Of a stretch of DNA of 32,000 nucleotides, positions 10,301 through 16,606 are shown one piece after another; positions within the stretch are counted from its first letter, which is position 1; the number at the start of each line of letters is the position of its first letter. Source of the stretch: Candidatus Saccharimonadota bacterium (GTDB taxonomy: Bacteria; Patescibacteriota; Saccharimonadia; Saccharimonadales; Saccharimonadaceae). The translations under genes were made by a program, and so were the position numbers. The DNA is taken from contig JAIUPJ010000001.1 in the NCBI GenBank assembly GCA_020160975.1, forward strand, positions 60,001 to 92,000. Direction: 5' to 3'. Below the pieces are notes generated by a model. That model did no database searches and was not told the DNA's origin. It saw only the letters and a list, made by a program, of their open reading frames with translations.

Positions 10301-10383
10301 TAGAATCGGCTATCGTTGGTCGGGCTTCGGATGACATTCTAACGATAGTCCTTAATAGTCTCAAGGGTGTATTTGGATTCTAG
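4336..10383 (+). CDS. Giant membrane-anchored surface protein: N-terminal TM anchor, a LamG (concanavalin-like) domain interrupted by about 14 propeller-like repeats, then FN3 and purple-acid-phosphatase-N-like Ig-fold domains
   Basis: The 2016-aa ORF is uninterrupted. GGAG at 4320-4323 favours ATG 4336 (the ORF track uses TTG 4333). The TM segment is PLFPLAAVISTTLVVVGVFFMSV. LamG strands are LRLDGS..TIEAWTKF..GIVDKGDYQMYFNNETGKLTYE and later WHHVAASYDGSTMKLYVDGS..LLIGD..FDGLIDELRISN. The C-terminal half has repeated FN3-like units (e.g. TRKATIRWSTDRASDSKIAIGTTSGQYG...TTYYYVARWTDEDGN). The stop is TAG. Confidence 0.9.
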   Translation: MMRIFRVVLRVWHHSRLGFIFVSICRWFYLFMRKLFTAPHRAAYQRFSWYQRWNNGTVLSRLHIPLFPLAAVISTTLVVVGVFFMSVNALSDITDVWDFSDNSDYAVSDGVEVVDSAAKLKFNEYAADSETVGLYHFNEINGSTASDSSSYANSATVFDSVFDGGILNNSLRLDGSLSRAVVPSSPSLKLTRDNTIEAWTKFDNSFSTSAVRRQGIVDKGDYQMYFNNETGKLTYELADKNASGWTQAGGNNVNSSWDQSGNRSVNAQVKIGTDIFVGIGTDIGDAEVWKWSGTNWSKIGGGTPAINGSWDANTYEGVYSLATDGTNLYAGLGTGTGEGEVWMWNGTAWAKIGGDSVNGGWTNYAEQVWMLDYFGGNLYAGLGNTAGDAEIWRWNGTAWTKIGGDNINAGWTTVYEAVTGLTNDGTNLYAGLGSTAGDSEVWMWNGSSWSKIGGDSVNGGWDTTIETVRSLKHFGGNLYAGLGDTAGDAEVWRWNGSAWTKIGGDAVSGSWANATYEQVTAFAWDGTNLYAGLGIGNGDGEVWRWNGSAWTKIGGDALSGSWTANQGDAVNSLLFNDGKLYTGTYDAAGDGLFYSFNGTSWTQLGGAYVNESWGMYGVGSMQVMQAQGGYLYAGTGTAAGNALVYRFDGTSWELVGGQGVNSSWSPFARSVVYSMASFQGNLYVGLGNGANNAELWRWDGNSWTIIAGNTVGSSWGSNYEEVDALATDGQYLYAGLGNSAQDGDVWRYDGSAWQKIGGDSLNGGWTTGNNIYNIYSLAVYKGKLIAGLGRTAGQGQAWSWNGSAWTKIGGNGVNGSWDSAGNNTESVESLITYNGRLYAGLGATTGDGAVWEYDDASWQKVGGDELNDSWVSGTYERVKTLSVYNGDLYAGLGSTVSRGEVWRYRSGVWEKIGGNGINSGWSNAIEEIRSFSAYKGKFYVGLGTTAAADAQVWSWGNNAFLESNTSSWDNDWHHVAASYDGSTMKLYVDGSEDGSRTVAVQIAENDRSLLIGDAYGGREYGKPSGNFDGLIDELRISNVARTAFNTEPFSDDAETVQPVAAIRKDGIWHWDEFSHITSGGGTVKYRLSDDEGASWKYWDGTTWTVSSDLGMTNTASEVDDNIADFPVTFGGLLWQGVLQGDGNQRVTLSNVTVKSTSDDTLPDTSGLAITAKKAHGGATLTDSAWTNGSSPEFNWSGASDGDSGLAGYCLYIGTDQTANPTTTKGMLGTSPVLTGDKCQYIVSASTLDLSSPGALASALTSSNDFYYLRVSAIDKAGNISTDIKTFSFKFDNTAPSTPGFISAPSGFVSNKAVTLSWPTTGGDAPADANSGLAGLQYRIGPSGTWYGAAHAGTGDQTDLLTNSGSYTMQDPPDFANLVDGINTVYFRAFDTAGNISTGFATAAIKLNTSGAPSEPLSISASPSTNSTNSFSFSWSPPNTFVGDVNNLTYCYTVNAAPNAGNCSYTGAGNTSLPSGAYATQPGINTLYLAAKDESGSINYSNYGTAEFTANTTAPGLPLNADIADVSIKSTNKWRLALTWDEPTSQGSGVAKYDIYRSTDDDQYSYVGTSSSTTYIDAGLQQITYHYKVKACDNTNNCGAYSSSVSYLPTGRFTDPAALVAEPEVSDITTRKATIRWSTDRASDSKIAIGTTSGQYGPSEVSNSDQVSAHEVNLDNLAAGTTYYYVARWTDEDGNTGNSQEFTFRTAPPPTLKEITATLVGLDGVTIQFISKNATKVDVLFGPSESFGGIKTINTSLEESAYTVNLDALTDGTKYFYKIVSYDKEGSKYDGSTQSFTTPPKPRISEMKFQPIPGKPTSTQQVTWRTNVPSTTRVVYGLLGSGGEEKTVPGMTAEHTIEINDLIDDSQYFIVAQSRDANGNLAVSDRQVFKTAEDTRQPTIDNVSIQTSIDGAGSSARGRVVISWRTDEPATSQVAYEQGSDKTIFSTKTPEDTGLSFEHVVIVTDLPTSRVYSIKPISYDKSRNESDGSVESAIVGRASDDILTIVLNSLKGVFGF
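5090..7210 (+). repeat. Intragenic tandem coding repeat array of 13-14 units of 150-159 nt (50-53 aa), consensus GDAEVWRWNGSAWTKIGGDxVNGGW..YE.V.sL...GgNLYAGLG
   Basis: I counted 13 full W/Y-x-W/F-x-G-x-x-W-x-K/Q-I/L-GG cores plus one partial. Unit offsets are 5194, 5353, 5503, 5653, 5803, 5956... A 44-nt perfect copy occurs at 5809-5852 and 5962-6005. Confidence 0.9.
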
Positions 10384-10384
10384 T

Positions 10385-11167
10385 ATGAAAAGTACAAATG
10401 ACAGTTTAATTAGGGTTGAGAATGTGTCTCAAGAGTTCGGCACCGAAGATATGGTGGTACGGCCTCTCAACGATGTCAGCTTTTCACTCGCCAAAAACAG
10501 CTTTAACATCATCTACGGTCCGTCAGGCAGCGGAAAGTCCACGCTCCTCAACGTCCTTACGGGACTGCAATCGCCTACCAAGGGTAAAGTATATATCGAC
10601 AACAAGGATGTCTATGCCTTGTCGCGCGATGAGCTCGCCAATTTCCGGGCGAGCAGCCTCGGGTTCATTTACCAGACTAACTACTGGGTAAAAAGTCTAA
10701 ATGTACTCGACAACGTTGCGATGTCAGCATACTTTTCAGGATTAACGCGAAAAAGCGCCCATAAGCTTGCTTACGAGGCGCTTGAGATGGTCGATATGAA
10801 ATCTTACGCTCACAAGTATCCGACCATGCTTTCAGGTGGCGAGCAGCAGCGAATCGCAATAGCCAGGGCTCTAGCTACTAACCCGTCATACATTATAGCC
10901 GACGAACCGACTGGAAGCCTTGATAGCACCAACGGCGATAAGATCATGAGCCTCCTTGTACGTTGTCAGCGCGACCTTGACCGTACTATTATTCTAGTGA
11001 CGCACAACCTTGAATATATGCCGCTAGCCGATAAATTGCTTCATATTGAAGACGGCCGAGTCAAGGAAATAAACGAAGGTTCAATCAAACAGACCACGGA
11101 CGTACTGTTCGCCGACATGCGCTCGCGAATGCATAGACTAGAAAAGGCACAAACAGATGTCAAGTAA
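10385..11167 (+). CDS. ABC transporter ATP-binding protein, MacB/LolD/FtsE-type
   Basis: Walker [10 protein letters not shown], signature LSGGEQQR, Walker B IIADEPT and H-loop VTHN are present. ATG 10385 starts 1 nt after the giant gene's TAG. The ORF-track start at 10367 is an upstream extension. Confidence 0.9.
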   Translation: MKSTNDSLIRVENVSQEFGTEDMVVRPLNDVSFSLAKNSFNIIYGPSGSGKSTLLNVLTGLQSPTKGKVYIDNKDVYALSRDELANFRASSLGFIYQTNYWVKSLNVLDNVAMSAYFSGLTRKSAHKLAYEALEMVDMKSYAHKYPTMLSGGEQQRIAIARALATNPSYIIADEPTGSLDSTNGDKIMSLLVRCQRDLDRTIILVTHNLEYMPLADKLLHIEDGRVKEINEGSIKQTTDVLFADMRSRMHRLEKAQTDVK

Positions 11168-12365
11168 AAACGAGTTCAAATTAGTCAAACGCAGAGTGCT
11201 CATGTTCATGGCATGGCGCAACCTAACTCATAAAAAAATGAGATCATTCCTAACACTTTTTGGTATCGTGATAGGTATAGGCGGTATCTATTTTTTGATT
11301 TCGCTTGGTCTCGGTATCCAGCAACTGGTTACCGATAGAGTTGTAGGAGGCGAATCGGTGAAATCGATCGACGTCACCACTGCAAACGAAAAAAATATCA
11401 GCTTAGACTCCGATACCTATACCAAATTAAAGAATTTACCCCATGTTATAGGCATTGGCGGTATGTATTCCTTCGCTGGGTTAGTAAATCTACGAGGTTC
11501 TAGTGTCGATGCGGTCGTGTACGGAGCGAACGACAGTTACCTTAAAATGCTCGATCTCAAGCTGCTCAGCGGTAGTCTCATAAAAACCGGATCAGACAAC
11601 GACATCCTTATTAATCAATCAGTGCTGCGTTCGCTTGATTATAAGAAGCCCGAGGACGCAATTGGTAAAAAAATTACACTTATCATACCGTCTCTAGGGG
11701 TAGAAGAAGTACAATTTAAAAAAGAATTCACCATCGTCGGGGTGAGCGCCGATCAAAGCGGCGCAGAGTTGTACGTGGCTTCTGATATTCTTATGGCTGC
11801 AGGAGCCGAGAACTTCAACCAGATACGCATTGAGGCAAGTGATGTCGATGGGGCTCGGTCGCTTCGTTCCCAAATTAAAGCCCTGGGCCTAACAACCACT
11901 TCCCCAATCGATACGGTAGATCAAATCGACCAAGTCTTCAAATTCTTCAATCTCATACTTGCAAGTTTCGGCGCCATTGGCATGATAGTAGCAATTTTAG
12001 GTATGTTTAATACTATTACCATCTCTCTACTTGAGCGAACAAGGGAGATAGGGCTTATGGTCGCTCTCGGAGGGCGGGATACCGACATGCGGATGCTGAT
12101 AATCTTTGAGGCAACGCTCCTTTCGGTTATAGGTTCGATCCTAGGAATCCTCAGCGCTACTATTTTTGGCCAGCTCATCAATCTTGGGTTGAACCTTTTT
12201 GCGCGGTCACGCGGTGTAACCGAAGGTTTTCAGCTTTTCGCCACGACCTGGTGGCTCGTTCTTGGCACAATAGGATTCATGATGCTCGTCGGTTTGGTTG
12301 TGGTCTTCATTCCTGCAAGGCAGGCTGCCCGCCTGAACCCAATCGACGCATTAAGAAGAGAATAG
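11157..12365 (+). CDS. ABC transporter permease, FtsX/MacB family
   Basis: 402 aa. One N-terminal TM is followed by an extracytoplasmic domain of about 230 aa and three C-terminal TMs (FtsX-like: ...ISLLERTREIGLMVALGG...). It overlaps the ATPase gene by 11 nt. Confidence 0.85.
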   Translation: MSSKNEFKLVKRRVLMFMAWRNLTHKKMRSFLTLFGIVIGIGGIYFLISLGLGIQQLVTDRVVGGESVKSIDVTTANEKNISLDSDTYTKLKNLPHVIGIGGMYSFAGLVNLRGSSVDAVVYGANDSYLKMLDLKLLSGSLIKTGSDNDILINQSVLRSLDYKKPEDAIGKKITLIIPSLGVEEVQFKKEFTIVGVSADQSGAELYVASDILMAAGAENFNQIRIEASDVDGARSLRSQIKALGLTTTSPIDTVDQIDQVFKFFNLILASFGAIGMIVAILGMFNTITISLLERTREIGLMVALGGRDTDMRMLIIFEATLLSVIGSILGILSATIFGQLINLGLNLFARSRGVTEGFQLFATTWWLVLGTIGFMMLVGLVVVFIPARQAARLNPIDALRRE

Positions 12366-12525
12366 TCGGTACCAAACTCCAACTCTTTGGAGCGTATGAA
12401 ACAGGCTCTTGTCATCATCCGTATTAAACGCGCTTCAGATCGCGCTCAAAATTTTCATTGAAAATTCGTGGTTATATAGCTTTGATACAATCAAAGATGA
12501 AGCAGAGCTTTGACTTGAGAAGATG

Positions 12526-12663
12526 TTACGCATTGTCGCGACCCTCCTCGTCAGGAAAACTAATTAGACCACGATAAGTTTGATGATAGTCCTGAAGCCC
12601 TTGCCACGAAATTTGTAAAGTATTAATTTGAAGATGATAGAACCACCGGCCTCTGTTAATCAT
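12526..12663 (-). CDS. Small hypothetical protein, 'WQG' family copy 1 (about 45 aa from M43 of the 87-aa ORF)
   Basis: MINRGRWFYHLQINTLQISWQGLQDYHQTYRGLISFPDEEGRDNA. It is a paralog of 20057..20224, and several of the codon differences are synonymous. The longer 87-aa ORF (to 12789) runs into the SDR promoter region. Confidence 0.45.
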   Translation of the reverse strand: MINRGRWFYHLQINTLQISWQGLQDYHQTYRGLISFPDEEGRDNA

Positions 12664-12823
12664 ATCTTCGGATATGATTTTTCTAATTTTACAGCTTTCA
12701 TCACCCCTGTCGATGAATTCGACTCCATTAGCTCCTTTTGACACGTACCTTTCATTACGTTGAGAACTTTTGCTAGTATTGGTATGCACCGATGATCTAT
12801 CCTCTGATATAATTTACATAACC

Positions 12824-13558
12824 ATGAAAGACAAAATCGTATTAGTTACAGGATCCACACAGGGAATTGGGCTCGCAACCGCGCATAGACTATATTCCCT
12901 CGGCGCTTCCGTCGTTCTAAACTCTCCATCCGATGAAGACACTTTTATACTTGAGCAATTCGAAGATAAGAATCGAGTGCGCTTTTTTGCAGCCGATATT
13001 TCAGACGAAGTAGCCTTACTTAATTTAAAAGATTTTATCGTTTCCGAGTTCGGAAAGTTGGATTGCCTTGTCGCCAATGCCGGTGTCCTTCCTACACCTG
13101 CAGGAATTGATGATATTAGTGACGAAAACATCAGTCGAACTATCGACGTTAATCTTAAGGGTACCTTCAAATCGCTTAAAATTTTTGGCAGACTCATCCA
13201 GGAGACATCGCAAACAGGGTCAATAGTTAACATAACGTCCGTCGACGGAATAATAGGTGAGCCGTACGGTGTAATATACTCGGCTACAAAAGCTGGTATT
13301 ATTTCTTTCACGAAATCATTCGCTCGAAAGTTTAACGAGCCTCTTGTAAGGGTTAACGCTGTGGCACCTGGTCTTATAGATACGCCGCTCAGTACCAGTA
13401 CCGGCGAAGACCCAAGCTGGACGACAGACCTCTCTGTGATAAGACGAATCGGCGCTCCCGAAGAAGTTGCAGCCACTATTGTGTTCCTACTAAGCCAAGA
13501 TGCATCTTTTATAACAGGGCAAGTTCTAGCGGTTGACGGCGGATTTACTCTCAAGTAA
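12824..13558 (+). CDS. Short-chain dehydrogenase/reductase (FabG-like 3-oxoacyl reductase family)
   Basis: TGSTQGIG glycine motif, NAG, and the YSATK catalytic Y-x3-K are present. The likely start is MKDKIVLVTG at 12824 (the ORF track extends to 12770). Confidence 0.85.
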   Translation: MKDKIVLVTGSTQGIGLATAHRLYSLGASVVLNSPSDEDTFILEQFEDKNRVRFFAADISDEVALLNLKDFIVSEFGKLDCLVANAGVLPTPAGIDDISDENISRTIDVNLKGTFKSLKIFGRLIQETSQTGSIVNITSVDGIIGEPYGVIYSATKAGIISFTKSFARKFNEPLVRVNAVAPGLIDTPLSTSTGEDPSWTTDLSVIRRIGAPEEVAATIVFLLSQDASFITGQVLAVDGGFTLK

Positions 13559-13565
13559 TCACGAT

Positions 13566-13648
13566 AAGGGCTAGACATTCCTCGTCTCCAAAATAGTGTT
13601 TTCATTAACAGAGTAAAAAGTTCTATCTTCATCCATGTACCCCTGCCA
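13566..13648 (+). pseudogene. Decayed tRNA-Trp copy (pseudo-tRNA)
   Basis: 13632-13648 TCCATGTACCCCTGCCA matches the tRNA-Trp-1 3' end (3537-3553) at 16 of 17 positions. 13584-13593 GTCTCCAAAA equals the anticodon stem/loop string of both intact tRNA-Trp genes. 13564-13570 ATAAGGG resembles the 5' junction ATAGGGG. The D arm is lost and about 19 extra nt sit between the anticodon loop and the 3' end. Confidence 0.55.
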
Positions 13649-14278
13649 AACAGGATAGATCTCATTTTTGAGGTCTTTCTTGTTTATTTCACCTCTGTTA
13701 TTTTCGTTCTTTTCAGCGGTTTTGTTAAGCACTTTTTGAGATTCCATAATTTGGCGTGTTTCGTCACTTCTTTTTGCTATAGATTCAGCCAAGAATGACA
13801 ATTTAACAGATACAGAATTGCTTGCGTAAACGATTTCATCAAAGAGTTTGGTTAAAACCGTACGCTTTGCGTCATTACCCATATCAGCGTCTGTGTATTG
13901 AGCCTTTGCGTGCTGTGTAAGCTCCATGATCTCTACTTCGTCCCAAAAATCCGCCTTTACATTTGCTGCGTTTTTACGCATGCCATAGCCGCGTTTAAAC
14001 AGTTCACCGCCCACTGAAATGTAGAAAACGCCGTCGCTGAGAGCGTGTATTTTTTGAGAAAAAGCGAACATGTCTAGCAGTTCTTGAGGTGGGTGGACGA
14101 GCTTTTTCTTACAATTAAGCTAGCCAATCAGCGAAGTGTCTGTGAAGCGTGTGTAGGCATCGTTAAAACTCTGGATTTCGTGAGCTAAAAATGCTGAATC
14201 GTTTGGTGCCCATACGCCGTCGAGTCGTTCGATCCACCAGTGTGTGCCAAGTGCGTCAATTTCAAATATATCGGTCAT
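13571..14278 (-). pseudogene. ApbE-like FAD:protein FMN transferase, truncated or chimeric, with an in-frame TAG
   Basis: My translation from ATG 14278: MTDIFEIDALGTHWWIERLDG...EIQSFNDAYTRFTDTSLIG*LNCKKKLVHPPQELLDMFAFSQKIHALSDGVFYISVGGELFKRGYG...DMGNDAKRTVL. This matches the ApbE N-terminal pattern (MGT; S-x-l-s-x-lN; dGaFDiTvgpL..lWGf; D-l-G-g-i-a-K). The TAG is at 14120-14122, in frame with the 166-aa ORF. The C-terminal motifs TSG and HiiDP are absent. The last ~26 codons are the reverse complement of the pseudo-tRNA. Confidence 0.6.
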
Positions 14279-14283
14279 TTATT

Positions 14284-14792
14284 TTAAGAGTGAGCCTGAG
14301 AACGAATAGTATCAAGCACTTGGTCGAAAGCGTAGGTAGTCAGACTGGCGCCGCCTATTCGACTGGGACTTAAGCTGGCTAAATCCTGCCCAGGAACAGT
14401 GTCTTTGAGTGCGCTTTCAAGCCTGCTGATGTACATTTGCTATTCGTGGTCAGAATAATCGTCGTTCACAAACACGTCTGTGTCCTTGCCGCCGCTTAGT
14501 GTGACTTTGACGCTAATGCTATTTGTAGCGCCATGTGGCACGTCGTACGAAGCGCTGGCAGTGTACGTACCATCTTTGTAGCCACTAGTTAACGTGGAGG
14601 TGCTCACTGGTGTCGATGAAGTAGAAGGGGTTGAAGACACAGTCGAAGTTGTCGAGGTGGAATCTTGTGGAGTCGAGGCTATTTTGGCTCTGAGATCATC
14701 GCTACCGCCAAAATACAAAACGCACCTCCCAGCCCGGCCGCAATCAGCACTGCAGAGGTGCCAACAATAAAGGCCTTTTCTTATGGTTTCAT
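14284..14792 (-). pseudogene. FMN-binding-domain (FMN_bind) membrane or secreted protein, multiply disrupted
   Basis: The signal-anchor reads MKP*EKAFIVGTSAVLIAAGLGGAF, with TAA at codon 4. A 1-nt frameshift in a T-run leads into the ORF 14440..14718 (S/T-rich linker, YKDGTYTASASYDVPHGATNSISVKVTLSGGK). An in-frame TAG follows, then QMYISRLESALKDTVPGQDLASLSPSRIGGASLTTYAFDQVLDTIRSQAHS, which resembles the flavinylation-site region D.vSGAT.TS. Confidence 0.65.
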
Positions 14793-14877
14793 GTTTCTAT
14801 ACTACTGCAACAAGGCTTAAATAATAGTTAATAAACAGCACCTCCTTTTGCATTTTTCATTTTTAAATTAAATACTA

Positions 14878-16266
14878 CTACTGCTGAGGGGGAGTACGAT
14901 CAGGGTCATTCGACTGAGCGGGCTGCTTGGTACTTACAGTTGAGAGAGGAGAGCTATTTTGGACAGAATTTGCCCGTCGTCTTTTTGCGATCCGCCAAAG
15001 AACATAAGCGAGACAAAGTATAATAAGTGTTCCGAGCACAGCTAGCACTACAACTTTAAGGGTAGACACGGGCTTGTCCTTTGCGCTGTTTACAGACACC
15101 GACTTGCTATCTGAGGGGGTTTTATGTGCGGGAAGAACTCCACCTTCAGTCGTTACTTTCATCTCGAAAGGCAACGCCGCACCTGTTAGCGCAGCTTTAC
15201 CCTGTTCGTCCGTAAGGTAAAAGCTCACCTTGTATACGACGCGTGTTGGCTTTGCGAGTAGGGTAGTTTGATACGCTGCGTCCTGGTCTATCTGCAGAGG
15301 CGTCATGTCGCCATTAGCCTTAAGGAACTCTTCTCTTGGATATGTCTGAAGACTTTCAAGAGTATCTTGTCGCATAATATCCGCAACAATGCGGGTGTTG
15401 TATGTATTTTGAGCGAATGGAGTATCTCTAACGCTAGTTTTGAGGGTAAAATCTACTTTCTGCTTAGCCAGCAGATCAAATGCATAGTATCTTTCTTGCG
15501 GAAACAAAATAGTGTCTGTGTAGTTTGTGTCTGCAAGCATCACTGGCGCATCCTCCGGTCGTAGTGTGCCGGCAATCGGAACACCCTTAAGTGTAAAAAG
15601 ACTTACCTCTCGCTGGGTCAACGCGGATACCGTTGAACCAAGTTTATTTAAGTCGTTTATATCAAAGTATGTTCCACCACTATTTTCTGCAATACAAGAT
15701 AGTTGTTGCCGAGCAGCATCGTCAACGAGAAGTCCCAGAGTATTTATTTTTACTCTTACACCCCTAGATTGAAGGCTTTTGGCCACCTCGCATGCGTTTG
15801 GGGTTTCGCAAGTATCGATGCCATCCGAAAGTAAGATGACTGACTTAGGGCCTTCTCCCGTAAAATCGCCCGCTACTTCTTGTAGGCTTTTACCCATAAG
15901 AGTCCAACCTTTCGCCTGGATCGCATCGACGGACGTTTTTATAGCAGCGACATTATTTGCTTTGGGCGCATTTAGCCTTACCGTGTCTTGGCAACCGGCA
16001 GCTTGATCGGTGTCTGGAACCTCACTACCGTACACACGCAGACCTACTTGCGTGTCGGCAGGAAGACTATCTAAGGTCGACTTAAGGGCAGTCTTCGCTC
16101 GATCTATACGCATAGTAGAACCCTCATCCTTCGCGAGCATCGAAGAAGACGCATCGAGTATGAACATAAGCTGCCCATTGTTTGCAGCCTGTACGGTGTT
16201 CGCATGTATAGCCATAGCGGCGATTACACCTAACACTGCTATAGCGGTTATAATTCTTTTTTGCAT
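14878..16266 (-). CDS. von Willebrand factor type A (VWA) domain protein with signal peptide and C-terminal TM anchor
   Basis: The MIDAS-type motif is MFILDASSSM...LLSDGIDTC. The C-terminal TM is LKVVVLAVLGTLIILCLAYVLW, followed by RRR. The likely start is ATG 16266 (MQKRIITAIAV) behind AAAGGA. The ORF track starts 9 codons upstream at 16293. Confidence 0.85.
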   Translation of the reverse strand: MQKRIITAIAVLGVIAAMAIHANTVQAANNGQLMFILDASSSMLAKDEGSTMRIDRAKTALKSTLDSLPADTQVGLRVYGSEVPDTDQAAGCQDTVRLNAPKANNVAAIKTSVDAIQAKGWTLMGKSLQEVAGDFTGEGPKSVILLSDGIDTCETPNACEVAKSLQSRGVRVKINTLGLLVDDAARQQLSCIAENSGGTYFDINDLNKLGSTVSALTQREVSLFTLKGVPIAGTLRPEDAPVMLADTNYTDTILFPQERYYAFDLLAKQKVDFTLKTSVRDTPFAQNTYNTRIVADIMRQDTLESLQTYPREEFLKANGDMTPLQIDQDAAYQTTLLAKPTRVVYKVSFYLTDEQGKAALTGAALPFEMKVTTEGGVLPAHKTPSDSKSVSVNSAKDKPVSTLKVVVLAVLGTLIILCLAYVLWRIAKRRRANSVQNSSPLSTVSTKQPAQSNDPDRTPPQQ

Positions 16267-16394
16267 TATCCTTTTCCCTTCATATACTGACATTATACCA
16301 TGTAAAAATACCCTATCTGCAGATATGGTGGACTCGAATCTCTTTGTTCTACATCTTCGAAGTTTTTTGTATTACATAGGAGATTCGGTATAAT

Positions 16395-16590
16395 ACCACC
16401 TTGGTATTTTCTGAAAAGACTTGGGGGAGCATAACTGGGCGAAGAGCGGTCTCCTGAAACCGTAGACTGCAGGTGAGAAATGCCACTGGCATTTTGCAAG
16501 GGAGTCAACTCTTGCAAACTTATTTGCAAAATGTTGCGACAGGGTCGCCAAAGGTGACCGAGTCCTGTCAGATTCGAACCTGATCATTTA
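16395..16590 (+). other. Hairpin-dense ORF-free intergenic region (candidate ncRNA or operator cluster) upstream of tRNA-Trp-2
   Basis: A candidate promoter is TTGTAT(16367)-16 nt-TATAAT(16389). Hairpins: TCTCCTG/CAGGtgAGA (16450-16478), AAATGCC-act-GGCATTT (16478-16494), TTGCAAGG/CTCTTGCAA (16494-16517), and GACAGG-GTCGCC-AAA-GGTGAC-cgagt-CCTGTC (16538-16568). TTGCAA occurs three times. Confidence 0.3.
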
Positions 16591-16606
16591 TAATATAGTT
16601 TGTCGA

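Noticed and set aside
12814-13665. Long antisense or alternate-frame ORFs inside strong genes: 12814..13665 - (283 aa), 8810..9499 + (229 aa), 19529..20020 - (163 aa), 17670..18083 - (137 aa), and 7335..7673 -.
   Set aside because: Each lies within a CDS that has clear family motifs in another frame (SDR, the giant protein, ClpC). Their translations are low-complexity or Ser/Arg/Pro-rich with no recognisable domains. They are shadow ORFs.
14120-14442. The in-frame TAG codons in two adjacent conserved genes might indicate TAG reassignment or read-through (for example TAG to Gln, as in some recoded phages).
   Set aside because: TAG is the terminal stop of ten well-supported CDS in this window: MscS, the giant protein, FtsX, VWA, ClpC, DUF1761, TfoX, Wzz, DegT and the PGT. 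No tRNA with a CUA anticodon is present. The FMN_bind gene also carries a TAA and a frameshift. Pseudogenisation is the simpler explanation.
16395-16590. This region might be tmRNA, RNase P RNA, SRP RNA or a TPP or yybP-type riboswitch.
   Set aside because: I could not find the defining motifs. There is no tRNA-Ala-like acceptor/T-arm with a tag ORF, no GAGGAAAGUCC or ACAGAA RNase P blocks, no GGAAGCAGC SRP helix-8 motif, and no CUGAGA plus ACCUGAUCUGGAUAAUGCCAGCG for TPP. The GGGGAGC and AAUGCCA resemblances are too short. It is left as unclassified.
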